Source: an uncultured bacterium
GTDB lineage: Bacteria > Patescibacteriota > JAHJAL01
Length of the DNA stretch: 64,000 nt
Direction: 5' to 3'
Assembly: GCA_938004065.1 (NCBI GenBank)
Contig: CALKWM010000009.1
Coordinates: 3,330-67,329, forward strand
In this document: positions 45,389 to 55,048 of the stretch, in pieces
Position numbering within the stretch: the stretch's first letter is position 1
How the letters are laid out: every line of letters starts with the position of its first letter
Position numbers and translations under genes: made by a program
Notes under the pieces: model-generated
Databases searched by the model: none
The model's input: only the letters and a program-made list of their open reading frames with translations
Told to the model about the DNA's origin: nothing

Positions 45389-48319
45389 TTAATAAGTCAG
45401 ACTCTGGTCGCCGATATGTTCGTCGAAATCACCGATAAAATCCCACCAGTTTTTTATTTTGTCGTTACCGTCATAGAGATCATTGTCTAGCCCGGGGATA
45501 TTTTGCATCCACCAAACCAGAAATGCTACATTGGCACCATCTTCATTGTATTTATCACAATTGCTTCCACCCCATGTTTTGCAGCTAACCAATTCTTTGT
45601 ATCCCCCATCCGGTTCCCAGTTGGCACAATCCGATTTAACCTCGGTAGTGTTTTTCCAATCGTAATCATATTTACCGTTTGGCGGATAATGTGTCCAACC
45701 ACATCCGGGCTTGATAATTTTATTTGTGGAGTCACTGCCGACGAACTTACCCCAAAATAACAAGTCATCCCAATCGGATGAACTGGTATTGTCTCGGCCG
45801 TCAACATAGTTGAGCACCGCTTCAATCTGGTGAGTGTGGTCTTCCAGCGCCATCCCCACTTCGCGTCCAAAATTGTAGGTGTAGGCGGTATAGGTATTTT
45901 TGCAGATGGGCATATCTTTTTGGCGATAGCTGTTGGAAACATTACCATAGGTGGAATAATTCCATTCACCGTCGATATCGGTACCCATCATCATGTTTGA
46001 TTCCCAACCAACCGGCTCTTCATCTTCGGGAGCATACGCCCAAATCCAAACTTCTTTGACTCCATCATTGTCAACATAATCACAAACATCGATATCATTG
46101 TCCAAGATGTCGTAATAATCAATCATACGGTTACCGGTGTTGTCCCAATAATACTTGTTGGAGACGGGCAATTCCTGCAAAAATTCTTGATCATCAACCA
46201 GATAATAATCTAAAGCCGGGTCAGCGCCCGAGTCTTTGTAACCATGATAGGTACTGCCCTGTTCGAGATAGTAAATCAGGTCTTTGTTGGATTCATCGAT
46301 GTAATCACGTAAATTGTTTAAACTGAGATCTTTCCAGTCTTTCATAACATCGATATCGACATCGTTGTTGTCAACCGGAATATAGCTTAGAGATAATACC
46401 GGCACTTCATAGTCGTTATTGACGTCGTAATCATCATCGTCGTCGTGATCGGTAGTAAAAAATTCAAAATTGGTGTATTGTTTGCTCCTTTCACCGTCAA
46501 TTTCATAAGTTACTTCAAATTTGGCTTCACCATCATAGCGGTATTTGTATTCAGCCACGCCGGAATTGTCGGTATAGACCACAACATCATCGATATCGCG
46601 GCAATTGTTACCGTCTGTGTCGCACCGTTCGCCGGATAACAAAACTTTTTGATTTTCAATTGGATCATCTCCTTCATCATGAACACTGATTTCAACCAAG
46701 GCATAATCGGAGCCGTCACCTTTGATACTAGATCGATTGGCACGAATGTATGAGTTGTCGGGATCGAAATCATTGTCAGAATTGTTGTTATCTTCATATG
46801 ATTTCAATTTACCCCAATAGCGGAAACGATCGTTTTGATATTCAAAACTAAAACGAAAATCAGCTTCATGGCGGGTGGTGAAATACTTGGTGGCTCGACC
46901 GTTGGAATCGGTGGTGAGGTTGTATGAATCTTCGTTATAACCATCTTCATCGGTTTCTTTTTCCATTACTATCAACTCAAACCGTTTGTTTTTGATTGGA
47001 TTGTTGTTGTGATCTTTGATAGTAATATCGACACGAGCTTCATCGTCACCATCGGCCTCGATGTAGCTTTTGTTAATATAGATATCGGAATAATCGTCAC
47101 TGAAATCTTTGTTTTCGTCGAAATCTTTGTCGATTGAGCTAAATTCAACCCAATCTTCGAATTCCTGGGAATTGTACTTGAAACTAAATTCATAGTCGGC
47201 AACAGTTTTGGTGGTAAAGCCATATTTGGCTTTACCGTTGGAATCGGTTTTGATAGTGTAATCGAAATAGTCGTAACTGAGGTCATAGACATCGATTTCG
47301 CGACCCAATAGCGTGATCCATTCGTTTTTGATCGGGTCATCGTTTTTGTCTTTCAAAGTTACCTCGATTGTTTGTTCGTCTTTGCCATCGGACAGGATTT
47401 CGTCGGAATCGATTTCAATGTCGGAGTATTTCTGACTAAAACTGTCGGAATTGTTCTGGTCGTTTTCGTAATTGACCGCGATGGTTAAAACCGGAGCCAG
47501 AGAACCGGGTTCATCAAACCACTGCAGGTTTTCAGCAACTAGCCAGAATTTTTCGGTGAAAAAAGTGGAATTTAAACTAGCCGGTGCTTTGATAGTAAAT
47601 TTAAAATGCCCGATGTCCCCGGGAGAAACATAATCTTCCGTCAGTTCAGCCGGACGATTGTAATTTAACCAGCTATCGTCATAAACATTGCTAGAGCGGT
47701 CTTTGGGACGTGTAGTGGCCAAATGCACCGGGAAAATTGCCGATCGGTTCCATCCTACCGTACCGGTATTTTTGACGGCAAATTCGATTTGTTTTTCTTC
47801 ATTTGCTTTTAAATCGAGATAATAATAATCTATACCGGGAACGATTTCGGCACGATAATTGTTGCTATTGCCGGTAACGTGAATATTCCAACAAATCGGT
47901 TCTTTTTCAATCCAGGACAAATTTTCCAACACCGGATAAAAACATTCGCGATAAGTGCCGTTGGTGGTAGTAGTGGGGATATTGGCGGTAAATGCGAAAG
48001 TATAGGTGTTGTAATTTTTTTCTGTTAGCATGATGCGGTTAAAGGAAATCCATTTATCATAACTGTAAAGCATGCTGTAACGATCACGTGGATCAGCGGT
48101 TCCGAGATGGATGGGATGATAGTAATCATCCCAGCTGGCATAACCGGTATTTTGGATTTTAGTCCAGAGAATAACCGAGTCGCCGGCACGAACTTCGGCG
48201 TCATCGGATTTGGCTTGAATATAGTAATCATATTGTTCACCGGCTTGAGCAATGGTAGCTGTGGCCAAGTTGGAGAGTATTAAAATACTGCCAAACACAA
48301 GGGAAATAAGTTTTCTCAT
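45389..48319 (-). CDS. Large secreted/surface protein with N-terminal repeated domains shared with 61758-63578 and three Big-like (bacterial Ig-like) repeats
   Basis: 976 aa. Signal peptide. Two repeated modules of about 100 aa with (H/Y)P(I/V)HL(G/A)T..P.DR(Y/S)S...W(I/L).(F/Y)NR... and PGDIGHFKFTIKAP. Three repeats TLKDKNDDPIKNE...TDSNGKAKYGFTTKTVADYEFSFKY. Cys-rich C-terminal domain. Confidence 0.5.
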   Translation of the reverse strand: MRKLISLVFGSILILSNLATATIAQAGEQYDYYIQAKSDDAEVRAGDSVILWTKIQNTGYASWDDYYHPIHLGTADPRDRYSMLYSYDKWISFNRIMLTEKNYNTYTFAFTANIPTTTTNGTYRECFYPVLENLSWIEKEPICWNIHVTGNSNNYRAEIVPGIDYYYLDLKANEEKQIEFAVKNTGTVGWNRSAIFPVHLATTRPKDRSSNVYDDSWLNYNRPAELTEDYVSPGDIGHFKFTIKAPASLNSTFFTEKFWLVAENLQWFDEPGSLAPVLTIAVNYENDQNNSDSFSQKYSDIEIDSDEILSDGKDEQTIEVTLKDKNDDPIKNEWITLLGREIDVYDLSYDYFDYTIKTDSNGKAKYGFTTKTVADYEFSFKYNSQEFEDWVEFSSIDKDFDENKDFSDDYSDIYINKSYIEADGDDEARVDITIKDHNNNPIKNKRFELIVMEKETDEDGYNEDSYNLTTDSNGRATKYFTTRHEADFRFSFEYQNDRFRYWGKLKSYEDNNNSDNDFDPDNSYIRANRSSIKGDGSDYALVEISVHDEGDDPIENQKVLLSGERCDTDGNNCRDIDDVVVYTDNSGVAEYKYRYDGEAKFEVTYEIDGERSKQYTNFEFFTTDHDDDDDYDVNNDYEVPVLSLSYIPVDNNDVDIDVMKDWKDLSLNNLRDYIDESNKDLIYYLEQGSTYHGYKDSGADPALDYYLVDDQEFLQELPVSNKYYWDNTGNRMIDYYDILDNDIDVCDYVDNDGVKEVWIWAYAPEDEEPVGWESNMMMGTDIDGEWNYSTYGNVSNSYRQKDMPICKNTYTAYTYNFGREVGMALEDHTHQIEAVLNYVDGRDNTSSSDWDDLLFWGKFVGSDSTNKIIKPGCGWTHYPPNGKYDYDWKNTTEVKSDCANWEPDGGYKELVSCKTWGGSNCDKYNEDGANVAFLVWWMQNIPGLDNDLYDGNDKIKNWWDFIGDFDEHIGDQSLTY

Positions 48320-48652
48320 GGTATTTAATTTAGTAAATATTTAAAAAATGGTTTTACAAGTTAAAAATAACATAAAATTCTTGATTATTCAATACTGTTA
48401 ATGATTTTTATAATTATTGTTTTTTAATATTGAAGCAACAAAAGTGAGATTATTTAAGAACTACATTTACCGGAAATATAAGAAATTCTTCACTTGGTTG
48501 TGATTATTTACAAAATATTTTACCACAATAGCAACGAGGAAAAATCATTGCAATACATAAATTTTCGTAATTAAAACGAAATCATAATTTCCTCTTAATT
48601 TTTTCTTAAGCAATGATTTGCTAATTTGAAATAAAATATAAGGAGGAATAAA

Positions 48653-50167
48653 ATGTTGGCAAAAATTTTTTCAGGATCGGTAGTCGGTCTGGATGGCAAG
48701 TTAATCGAGGTCGAAGTGGATATCGGCCAAGGTAAACCGTCTTTTTTCATGGTCGGACTGCCGGCCAAAGAGGTGGAAGAGTCCGAGGACAGGATAAAAG
48801 CGGCAATTTTAAATGCCGGATTTATCCTGCCAAATCGACGGGTAACGGTCAATCTGGCGCCGGCCAATATCCGAAAAGAAGGGTCGGGATTTGATTTGCC
48901 GATTGCTATTGGAGTATTGAAAGCTGATCGACAAATTGAGATTGCGGTGTCTTCGGCAATATTTGCCGGGGAGTTATCGTTAAGTGGCGAATTGCGTCCG
49001 ATCAGCGGAGTGTTATCCCTGGCAATCATGGCCAAAGAAAACGGCTTCAAAGAAATATTCGTCCCCAAATCAAATGCCCGAGAAGCCAGTTTAATCGATG
49101 GTGTTGAAGTATATGGAGTAAATGATTTAAGTCAGTTAATACTACATTTATTGGGAGAGAAAAAAATCACGCCGACCAAAGCTTTCAGTGACGAAAAAAT
49201 GGTCGAAATAAAAAGCCAGTTTGACATGTCATATATCAAGGGACAAAATCAAGCCAAACGGGCGCTCTCAATCGCTGCCGCCGGAGGACACAATGTGATA
49301 TTTTCCGGACCGCCCGGTAGTGGGAAAACTTTGTTAGCCAGAACACTGCCGACGATACTGCCGCCACTGACCAAGGAAGAAATGCTGGAGGTAACCCGCG
49401 TTCATAGCGTGGCCGGTTTACTGACAGCGGAAAATGCGTTGATTACTCAAAGACCTTTTCGTAAACCACACCATACATCCAGCTCGGCGGCTTTGGTCGG
49501 GGGAGGAAAAATACCGCGACCGGGCGAAATCAGTCTTTCTCATCGGGGAGTTTTGTTTCTCGATGAATTTCCGGAATTTAGCCGAATCACTTTGGAAGCA
49601 CTAAGACAACCTTTGGAAGACGGGATTATCACCGTCAGTCGAGCGGCGGGAAGTTTGCAATTTCCGGCGTCGATCATACTGGTGGCGGCGATGAATCCAT
49701 GTCCTTGCGGGTACGCCTCTGATCCGGAACGGGAGTGTATTTGCACACCGATAAAAATAATCAATTACCAGAAAAAAATTTCCGGACCACTTTTGGATCG
49801 GATTGATTTGCACATCGAGGTTCCGCGGCTGAAGTATGAAAAACTTAAATCGCAAGAAAAATCACCCACTTCAATCGAGATTCGGGAAATTGTAAAGAAG
49901 GCACGCCAAGTTCAATCGAACAGGTATGCGGATTCACCGACGGTGACCAATTCCGAGATGTCGGCCAGAGAAGTTGAAAATTACTGCAAATTGGAGAAAG
50001 GAGCGGAAGATTTGATCAAAAAGGCGGTGGACCAGATGAACTTATCGGCCCGTAGCTATCATCGGATATTGAAGGTCGGTCGTACTATTGCCGATTTGGA
50101 GGAAGTGGACACGATAACCGCCTCCCACATCGCCGAGGCGTTGCAATATCGAACGAGAGTGGAGTGA
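48653..50167 (+). CDS. yifB: YifB/ComM-family Mg-chelatase-like AAA+ ATPase
   Basis: N-terminal Lon/ChlI domain, Walker A GPPGSGKT, Walker B VLFLDEFPEF, Cys cluster CPCG..C and a C-terminal Mg_chelatase_C domain. Confidence 0.9.
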   Translation: MLAKIFSGSVVGLDGKLIEVEVDIGQGKPSFFMVGLPAKEVEESEDRIKAAILNAGFILPNRRVTVNLAPANIRKEGSGFDLPIAIGVLKADRQIEIAVSSAIFAGELSLSGELRPISGVLSLAIMAKENGFKEIFVPKSNAREASLIDGVEVYGVNDLSQLILHLLGEKKITPTKAFSDEKMVEIKSQFDMSYIKGQNQAKRALSIAAAGGHNVIFSGPPGSGKTLLARTLPTILPPLTKEEMLEVTRVHSVAGLLTAENALITQRPFRKPHHTSSSAALVGGGKIPRPGEISLSHRGVLFLDEFPEFSRITLEALRQPLEDGIITVSRAAGSLQFPASIILVAAMNPCPCGYASDPERECICTPIKIINYQKKISGPLLDRIDLHIEVPRLKYEKLKSQEKSPTSIEIREIVKKARQVQSNRYADSPTVTNSEMSAREVENYCKLEKGAEDLIKKAVDQMNLSARSYHRILKVGRTIADLEEVDTITASHIAEALQYRTRVE

Positions 50168-50248
50168 AAATAAACTTTGTAAACTTTAAACAAATGTAGC
50201 CAAACTTACCAAACTTTAATCACACAAGTTTGATATGTTTGAAATTTG

Positions 50249-50557
50249 CTAAGTTTGATAATTTTTTTTATTTATTTCCAACATCTCATCGAAATTATCC
50301 TCCAGTTCGGATTTATTTTTCTTTTTGTGTCCACATTTCACGCATTCGTGAGTGATTGCATACTCATCTTTTTTCTTTTCCACCCAAACCGGTTTCATGA
50401 GACCACCGCAATTTGCTTCCCTATCACCCGGATTGACGTCAACATGCTTGGAGTATAAACAAAACGGGCAATGGTTGGTGTAACCGTTGCCTTGGACAAA
50501 TTGGCCACAATTTTCACAAATAAAATCTTCGATTTGTCGTTGGAATTTTTTGGACAT
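50249..50557 (-). CDS. RNHCP-domain protein
   Basis: FICENCGQFVQGNGYTNHCPFCLYSKH...THECVKCGH matches PF12647 (RNHCP). The start is moved to MSKKFQRQ because the longer ORF's first 17 codons are encoded by the adjacent inverted-repeat element. Confidence 0.6.
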   Translation of the reverse strand: MSKKFQRQIEDFICENCGQFVQGNGYTNHCPFCLYSKHVDVNPGDREANCGGLMKPVWVEKKKDEYAITHECVKCGHKKKNKSELEDNFDEMLEINKKNYQT

Positions 50558-50584
50558 AAAAAAATAATATCTAAATCCCCGAAG

Positions 50585-50700
50585 TCTCATCGATCCCGAT
50601 ATTAACATTCACAAAAATTTATAATCGGGATGGCAGATGCTATCGTTCCTCGCTTTTGACTCCAAAAATGATAGATTAGAGAAATAATTAGTGCTATTCA
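50585..50700. repeat. Inverted-repeat element copy (ATCGATCCCGAT ... ATCGGGATGGCAGATG ... AATAATTAGTGCTATTC)
   Basis: Inverted arms atcccgat/atcgggat. The right-arm consensus is degenerated by transitions. Confidence 0.45.
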
Positions 50701-50716
50701 TCGATTGAGAAAAATT

Positions 50717-51757
50717 CTATTGACCAACATCCCCGCTTTCGATAGATTTTAATAGTTTCTTGGCCTTATCTTTGTGTTCTTTTGTAGTTAATTCATGTTC
50801 CTTGATACCGTGTTTATCTTGAAATTGGTCAATATGACTTTTAAATTCGGGAATTTCGCGGGCGATTTCAATAGCTTCGTGATCGGATGCGGTTACCCCC
50901 AAAAGTGGTTTTAATTCCTCCAAGTCTTTGGATGTGCGCTCTTCTCTATTAGTTATGACGGTATCCAACATCAGATCGGCCACTCTGGCTAAATTTTTGT
51001 TTTTCTTGACAAAAACACCTGTTTTGTAAACTGTTTTATAAATTCGCGGAGAGACTTTCAATTTACGTAATAGTGCGGCAGAGCGAGTCATCAGTTTGCA
51101 GGCCTTGACTCCTTTGGAAGCGATCAGACCGTAGCCGGTCGCATCAAGTGCCAAAAAAATACTACCTTCGATAACTTTATATACCTTTTGTTGTTTAGTT
51201 AATGGGTTGCCATACATATCTTTGCCCACCACTCCTTCGGAGATATCGGAGATCGGCCCGGCAAACGGAACCAGTTTTAGACCGGTGATAAAAACAGATT
51301 TTCCGATTGAATCGCTTTTTTCTTTGGATTCGCGGTATTTTTTATCAATTTCCCTATTTTGTTCCCGGAGCCATTCTACGGATTTTTCTTCCAATGATTT
51401 TTTTACCAATTCTCTGGCTTTGGCCAAGTCGGGACAGTTTTTAATACTTTTGGTGAGAATATTTTTAAGAGAATCGATTTTTGTCTGATACCTTTTGGAA
51501 ACCGGCATATCAGGGCTAGGAAATATTACATCCAAATCTTTTTCTTGGAAACCATCGGCAAGCACTTTATCAATTTCATGATCGGTCAAAGAAGGAGTGT
51601 CGGTGATAGCGGTTTTATCGATATTGTAGTCTTGCTCGGGAGAGTGCTCCTGTAGCAATACATCTTCGACGGCTTCTTCGTAGGCTTTACCTTGATTCTG
51701 TAAATAATCCTTGGACTCACTTGTTTGGTCTGATTTTTGTTCGAAGTTTTTGTTCAT
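50717..51757 (-). CDS. Hypothetical protein, possibly with a pre-toxin TG (PT-TG)-like segment
   Basis: 346 aa. VPFAGPISDISEGVVGKDMYGNPLTKQQK resembles the PT-TG core as recalled from memory (weak evidence). Confidence 0.3.
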   Translation of the reverse strand: MNKNFEQKSDQTSESKDYLQNQGKAYEEAVEDVLLQEHSPEQDYNIDKTAITDTPSLTDHEIDKVLADGFQEKDLDVIFPSPDMPVSKRYQTKIDSLKNILTKSIKNCPDLAKARELVKKSLEEKSVEWLREQNREIDKKYRESKEKSDSIGKSVFITGLKLVPFAGPISDISEGVVGKDMYGNPLTKQQKVYKVIEGSIFLALDATGYGLIASKGVKACKLMTRSAALLRKLKVSPRIYKTVYKTGVFVKKNKNLARVADLMLDTVITNREERTSKDLEELKPLLGVTASDHEAIEIAREIPEFKSHIDQFQDKHGIKEHELTTKEHKDKAKKLLKSIESGDVGQ

Positions 51758-51837
51758 GGTTTCTAAAAAATATTGTTATATTGTAGTATTTCAATGTGTT
51801 TGATATTTGATATCTGAGATTTGAAATTTATCTCTAG

Positions 51838-51903
51838 ATCCTGAATCGCTCGAAACGCTCGTAAAACTCGCTTTCGGGTTCAGGATGACAAAATAACTTC
51901 CTC
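51838..51903. repeat. Partial inverted-repeat element copy overlapping the 3' end of the Clp ATPase gene
   Basis: agatcctgaatcgc...gggttcaggatgacaaaataacttcc. The GGATGACAAAATAA part encodes the last codons (VILSS*) of 51880-54552. Confidence 0.4.
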
Positions 51904-54552
51904 CTCCCCCACTATCTGCATATGCATACCTTCTTTTAATTCACCGGACAGCATTTTGTCGGCGACGACGTTTTTGACCTTGTCTTGGAGAGTGCGGTAG
52001 AGGGCACGGGCCCCGAATTCGGCATTGTAACCCTCGGCGATAAACTGATCCATGGCACTATCGGCAACATCGATGGTGATTTTTTTGTCAGCGAGAGATT
52101 TGTTAATTTTGCCAATCATGATTTGGGCAATTTGTTTGATCTCGTCCGTAGTTAGAGGTTTGAACATGATCACACCATCAAAGCGGTTTAAAAATTCCGG
52201 GCGATAGTAGTTTTTTAATTCTTCCATCAATCGGCTTTCGATCTGTTCAACCGGTAAATTATTTTTGACACCTTCTTGGATGTTGATGGCACCAGCGTTG
52301 GATGTGGCGATAATGATAGCATTATTGAATTTTACTTCCCGCCCCATGCTGTCTTTGATTTTACCCTCATCTAAAACTTGGAGAAACAAGTTTAGAATGT
52401 CCGGATGGGCTTTTTCCAATTCGTCCAACAATACCACGGTAAATGGATTTCTTTTGACGGATTCGGTCAGATACCCCCTCTCTTCGAATTCAGCGCTACC
52501 GGGAGGGGCGCCGATGATTTTTTTGATATCGCCTTTTTCCTGGTATTCACTCATATCGAGACGAACCATGTTGTTCTCATCGGCAAAGTATTCATGCGCC
52601 AAAGCTTTGGTTAATTCCGTTTTGCCGACGCCGGTGGGACCGACAAATAGAAACGAGGCGATCGGTTTGGATTTGTCTTTCAAGCCGGCGCGGGCACGTT
52701 TGATGGCGTCGGCAACTTGTTTAACAGCGATATCCTGCCCGATAACTCGTTTATGTAATTCCGTCTCCAGGTTCAACAATTTGGTAGATTCTGCACCGGT
52801 AACTTGTTCGAGAGGAATATTGGTTTTTTCCTGCATCAGAGCCACAACATCGGCTTTGGTGAGATAAAATCTGTTTTGATTTTTCACGGTTATGGCACAT
52901 TCCTGCAAAACATCGAGGGCTTTACCGGGCAATTTACGATCGGCGATAAAGTCAGCCGAGAGTTCGACAGCGGATTTGACAGCCGGCAGTGTAACCAACA
53001 CATCGGACGAGTTTTCCACGCGATAGGAAATTGATTTGATAACTTCGATTGATTGCGGGATATCCATTTCGTCGATTTCGATCTTGGTCATTTCCGAGAT
53101 GAGTTGTTCATAAGTGGAGATATATTTGGAATATCCTTCGATCGTAGTGGAACCGATAAATTGGATATTGTATTGATTTAAGGTTTCGGTCAAGATACTG
53201 ATGATATCCATGGCGCCGCCGGATGAGGTACGAACGCCGGCCAAGAGATGAAGATCGTCGATAAAGAGGATAATGTTGCCGGCGGAAATGACTTCGTTTA
53301 GTGCTCCCATAAAGTAACGCTCTCCCCCCTGCCCGCCGGAAAATATCTGATTGATGTTTAAGGCAATCAATCTTTTGTCTTTGAGTCGGTCAGGGACGTC
53401 TTCGGCGACCATTTTGTAAGCCAAGCCGTTGACGATAGTGGCTTTACCGACGCCGGCTTCGCCTACCAAGATTAAATTGTTTTGATTCGCTTTTTCGAGA
53501 ATATTGAAAGCGTTAGTGAGCTCTTTGTCTCGTCCGATCAATCTTTCCAAACGTTCGTATTTGGCAAACAAGGTTAAATCCCGACCAAAACTATCCAGAA
53601 TCGGAGTTGGGATAGCTGTCCAAGCACGATTCATGTGTCCTTCCGGCTTGAAGCGAGACACTTCTCGGTAGCGATGAATTTTGGCAATTTGTTGATTGAT
53701 ATTTTCTTGCCAGGTACAAATTTCCAAAATATTTTCGAGACTGATCTTGTACTCGGCAAAAGCATTGGCAATTTCCGGATGAATTTTAACAATCGCTTCG
53801 AGAATATGGTTGAAAGAAACTTTTTCGGAATGGTTATCGGAAGCAATCAGATAGGCACTGATCAATATCCGTTCTATTGTACCGGGAACAAAATTGGTTT
53901 GACTGCTGATTGAATTTTCAATAATATATCTTGTAAATTCTTGAAAATCATTGGGACTGACTTCCATTTTAACAATCAGCCAGTTAAACTCATTGCTGTT
54001 TAACAGCTCATCAAAAAATACCCATTGATTGGGGGCGAGGTGGTATTGGGCGGATTTAATGTAGGTATTATTGATAATTCCGACTAGTTCATCATCAAAT
54101 GACTTGGAGATATCGATATTTTCTTGAGTCAAGTTGTCGGAATCGGAGGAAATATGGTGAATTGGTGGTTTTTTCGGTTCTTGATAAAAGTTGATAAAAG
54201 AAGCAACCAGAAGCGTTCCCAATAGTATCCACCAAATCAGGGGGAGCGGAGCGGAGTAAATAAAAACACCCAGAACGGACTGGTCGTTGGACATGTAGTA
54301 CAAGGCGGACAGAACAAAAATCAATATTACGAGAGTTAGGTTGAGAAAGAAAATCGCTTTTTTAACCAAATTGAAAGTACGAATTGTATCCGGGCCGGTG
54401 ATTTTGGCCGGATTTGTCGGCAGTCCCCAAAACAATTTGGTGGAACCAATCTGGCCATAGAATTTCGCCCCATGACAAGAGGGACAGGCGGGGTTTTCGG
54501 ACGCTTGACAGTCGGGACAGGGAGTAATTTGTAATTGGTCAAATTTAGTCAT
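51880..54552 (-). CDS. ClpC/ClpA-like two-NBD AAA+ unfoldase with an N-terminal Cys4 zinc ribbon and two predicted TM helices (membrane-anchored)
   Basis: 890 aa. CPDCQASENPACPSCHG, then TM helices AIFFLNLTLVILIFVLSALYY and LPLIWWILLGTLLVASFINFY. NBD1 Walker A GEAGVGKAT and Walker B IILFIDDLH. NBD2 Walker A GPTGVGKTELTKALA and Walker B VVLLDELEKAH. Sensor/Arg fingers and a C-terminal ClpB_D2-small domain. Confidence 0.85.
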   Translation of the reverse strand: MTKFDQLQITPCPDCQASENPACPSCHGAKFYGQIGSTKLFWGLPTNPAKITGPDTIRTFNLVKKAIFFLNLTLVILIFVLSALYYMSNDQSVLGVFIYSAPLPLIWWILLGTLLVASFINFYQEPKKPPIHHISSDSDNLTQENIDISKSFDDELVGIINNTYIKSAQYHLAPNQWVFFDELLNSNEFNWLIVKMEVSPNDFQEFTRYIIENSISSQTNFVPGTIERILISAYLIASDNHSEKVSFNHILEAIVKIHPEIANAFAEYKISLENILEICTWQENINQQIAKIHRYREVSRFKPEGHMNRAWTAIPTPILDSFGRDLTLFAKYERLERLIGRDKELTNAFNILEKANQNNLILVGEAGVGKATIVNGLAYKMVAEDVPDRLKDKRLIALNINQIFSGGQGGERYFMGALNEVISAGNIILFIDDLHLLAGVRTSSGGAMDIISILTETLNQYNIQFIGSTTIEGYSKYISTYEQLISEMTKIEIDEMDIPQSIEVIKSISYRVENSSDVLVTLPAVKSAVELSADFIADRKLPGKALDVLQECAITVKNQNRFYLTKADVVALMQEKTNIPLEQVTGAESTKLLNLETELHKRVIGQDIAVKQVADAIKRARAGLKDKSKPIASFLFVGPTGVGKTELTKALAHEYFADENNMVRLDMSEYQEKGDIKKIIGAPPGSAEFEERGYLTESVKRNPFTVVLLDELEKAHPDILNLFLQVLDEGKIKDSMGREVKFNNAIIIATSNAGAINIQEGVKNNLPVEQIESRLMEELKNYYRPEFLNRFDGVIMFKPLTTDEIKQIAQIMIGKINKSLADKKITIDVADSAMDQFIAEGYNAEFGARALYRTLQDKVKNVVADKMLSGELKEGMHMQIVGEEEVILSS

Positions 54553-54590
54553 TTAGCATTTTACATTATTTTACATTTATCATTTATTTT

Positions 54591-54656
54591 GCTGTCATCT
54601 TCGATCTGCCTTGTCTGCCCGCCTTGGGTGGGGGTGGAATCGGGGATGACAGAAAA
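54591..54656. repeat. Inverted-repeat element copy with a GC-rich core (GCTGTCATCTTCGATC ... GAATCGGGGATGACAGAAAAG)
   Basis: Near-perfect inverted arms ctgtcatc..cgat / atcg..gatgacag. The core ctgcccgccttgggtggg is the reverse complement of the module at 17245-17262. Confidence 0.55.
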
Positions 54657-54729
54657 GTTCTAAGTATCAAGGTCTAGTTTCTAATTTTCAAGTGATTTAA
54701 CTTGGAACTTGAAAATTAGATCTTGAAAC

Positions 54730-55041
54730 TTACATGGTTACGATGATATATCCGATTTTAAATATGATCACCACCGGCAATACCAGCCACAATAACATCA
54801 AAACCGCCAGGATTATCAATAATATTAATTGGGTAAATAGTCCCAGGAGTATGCGGCCGGTGCGGATCAAAAAACCGATGGCGCGGCCTTGATAGGTGTA
54901 GTCCTGATACAGTGGTTCCCCGATGTGTTTGATCATCATCGGAATATCGAAAGTGCCCGATATGAGTTGAAAGATATCGTTAAAAGCCGCGTATATCTGT
55001 CGCGTTTGGAACATATAGTACCATTTGAAAAATGTGATCAT
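54730..55041 (-). CDS. Small membrane protein, hypothetical
   Basis: 103 aa. C-terminal TM helices LLGLFTQLILLIILAVLMLLWLVLPVVIIF. Lies 8 nt downstream of the giant gene. Confidence 0.3.
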   Translation of the reverse strand: MITFFKWYYMFQTRQIYAAFNDIFQLISGTFDIPMMIKHIGEPLYQDYTYQGRAIGFLIRTGRILLGLFTQLILLIILAVLMLLWLVLPVVIIFKIGYIIVTM

Positions 55042-55048
55042 GGTTTAA

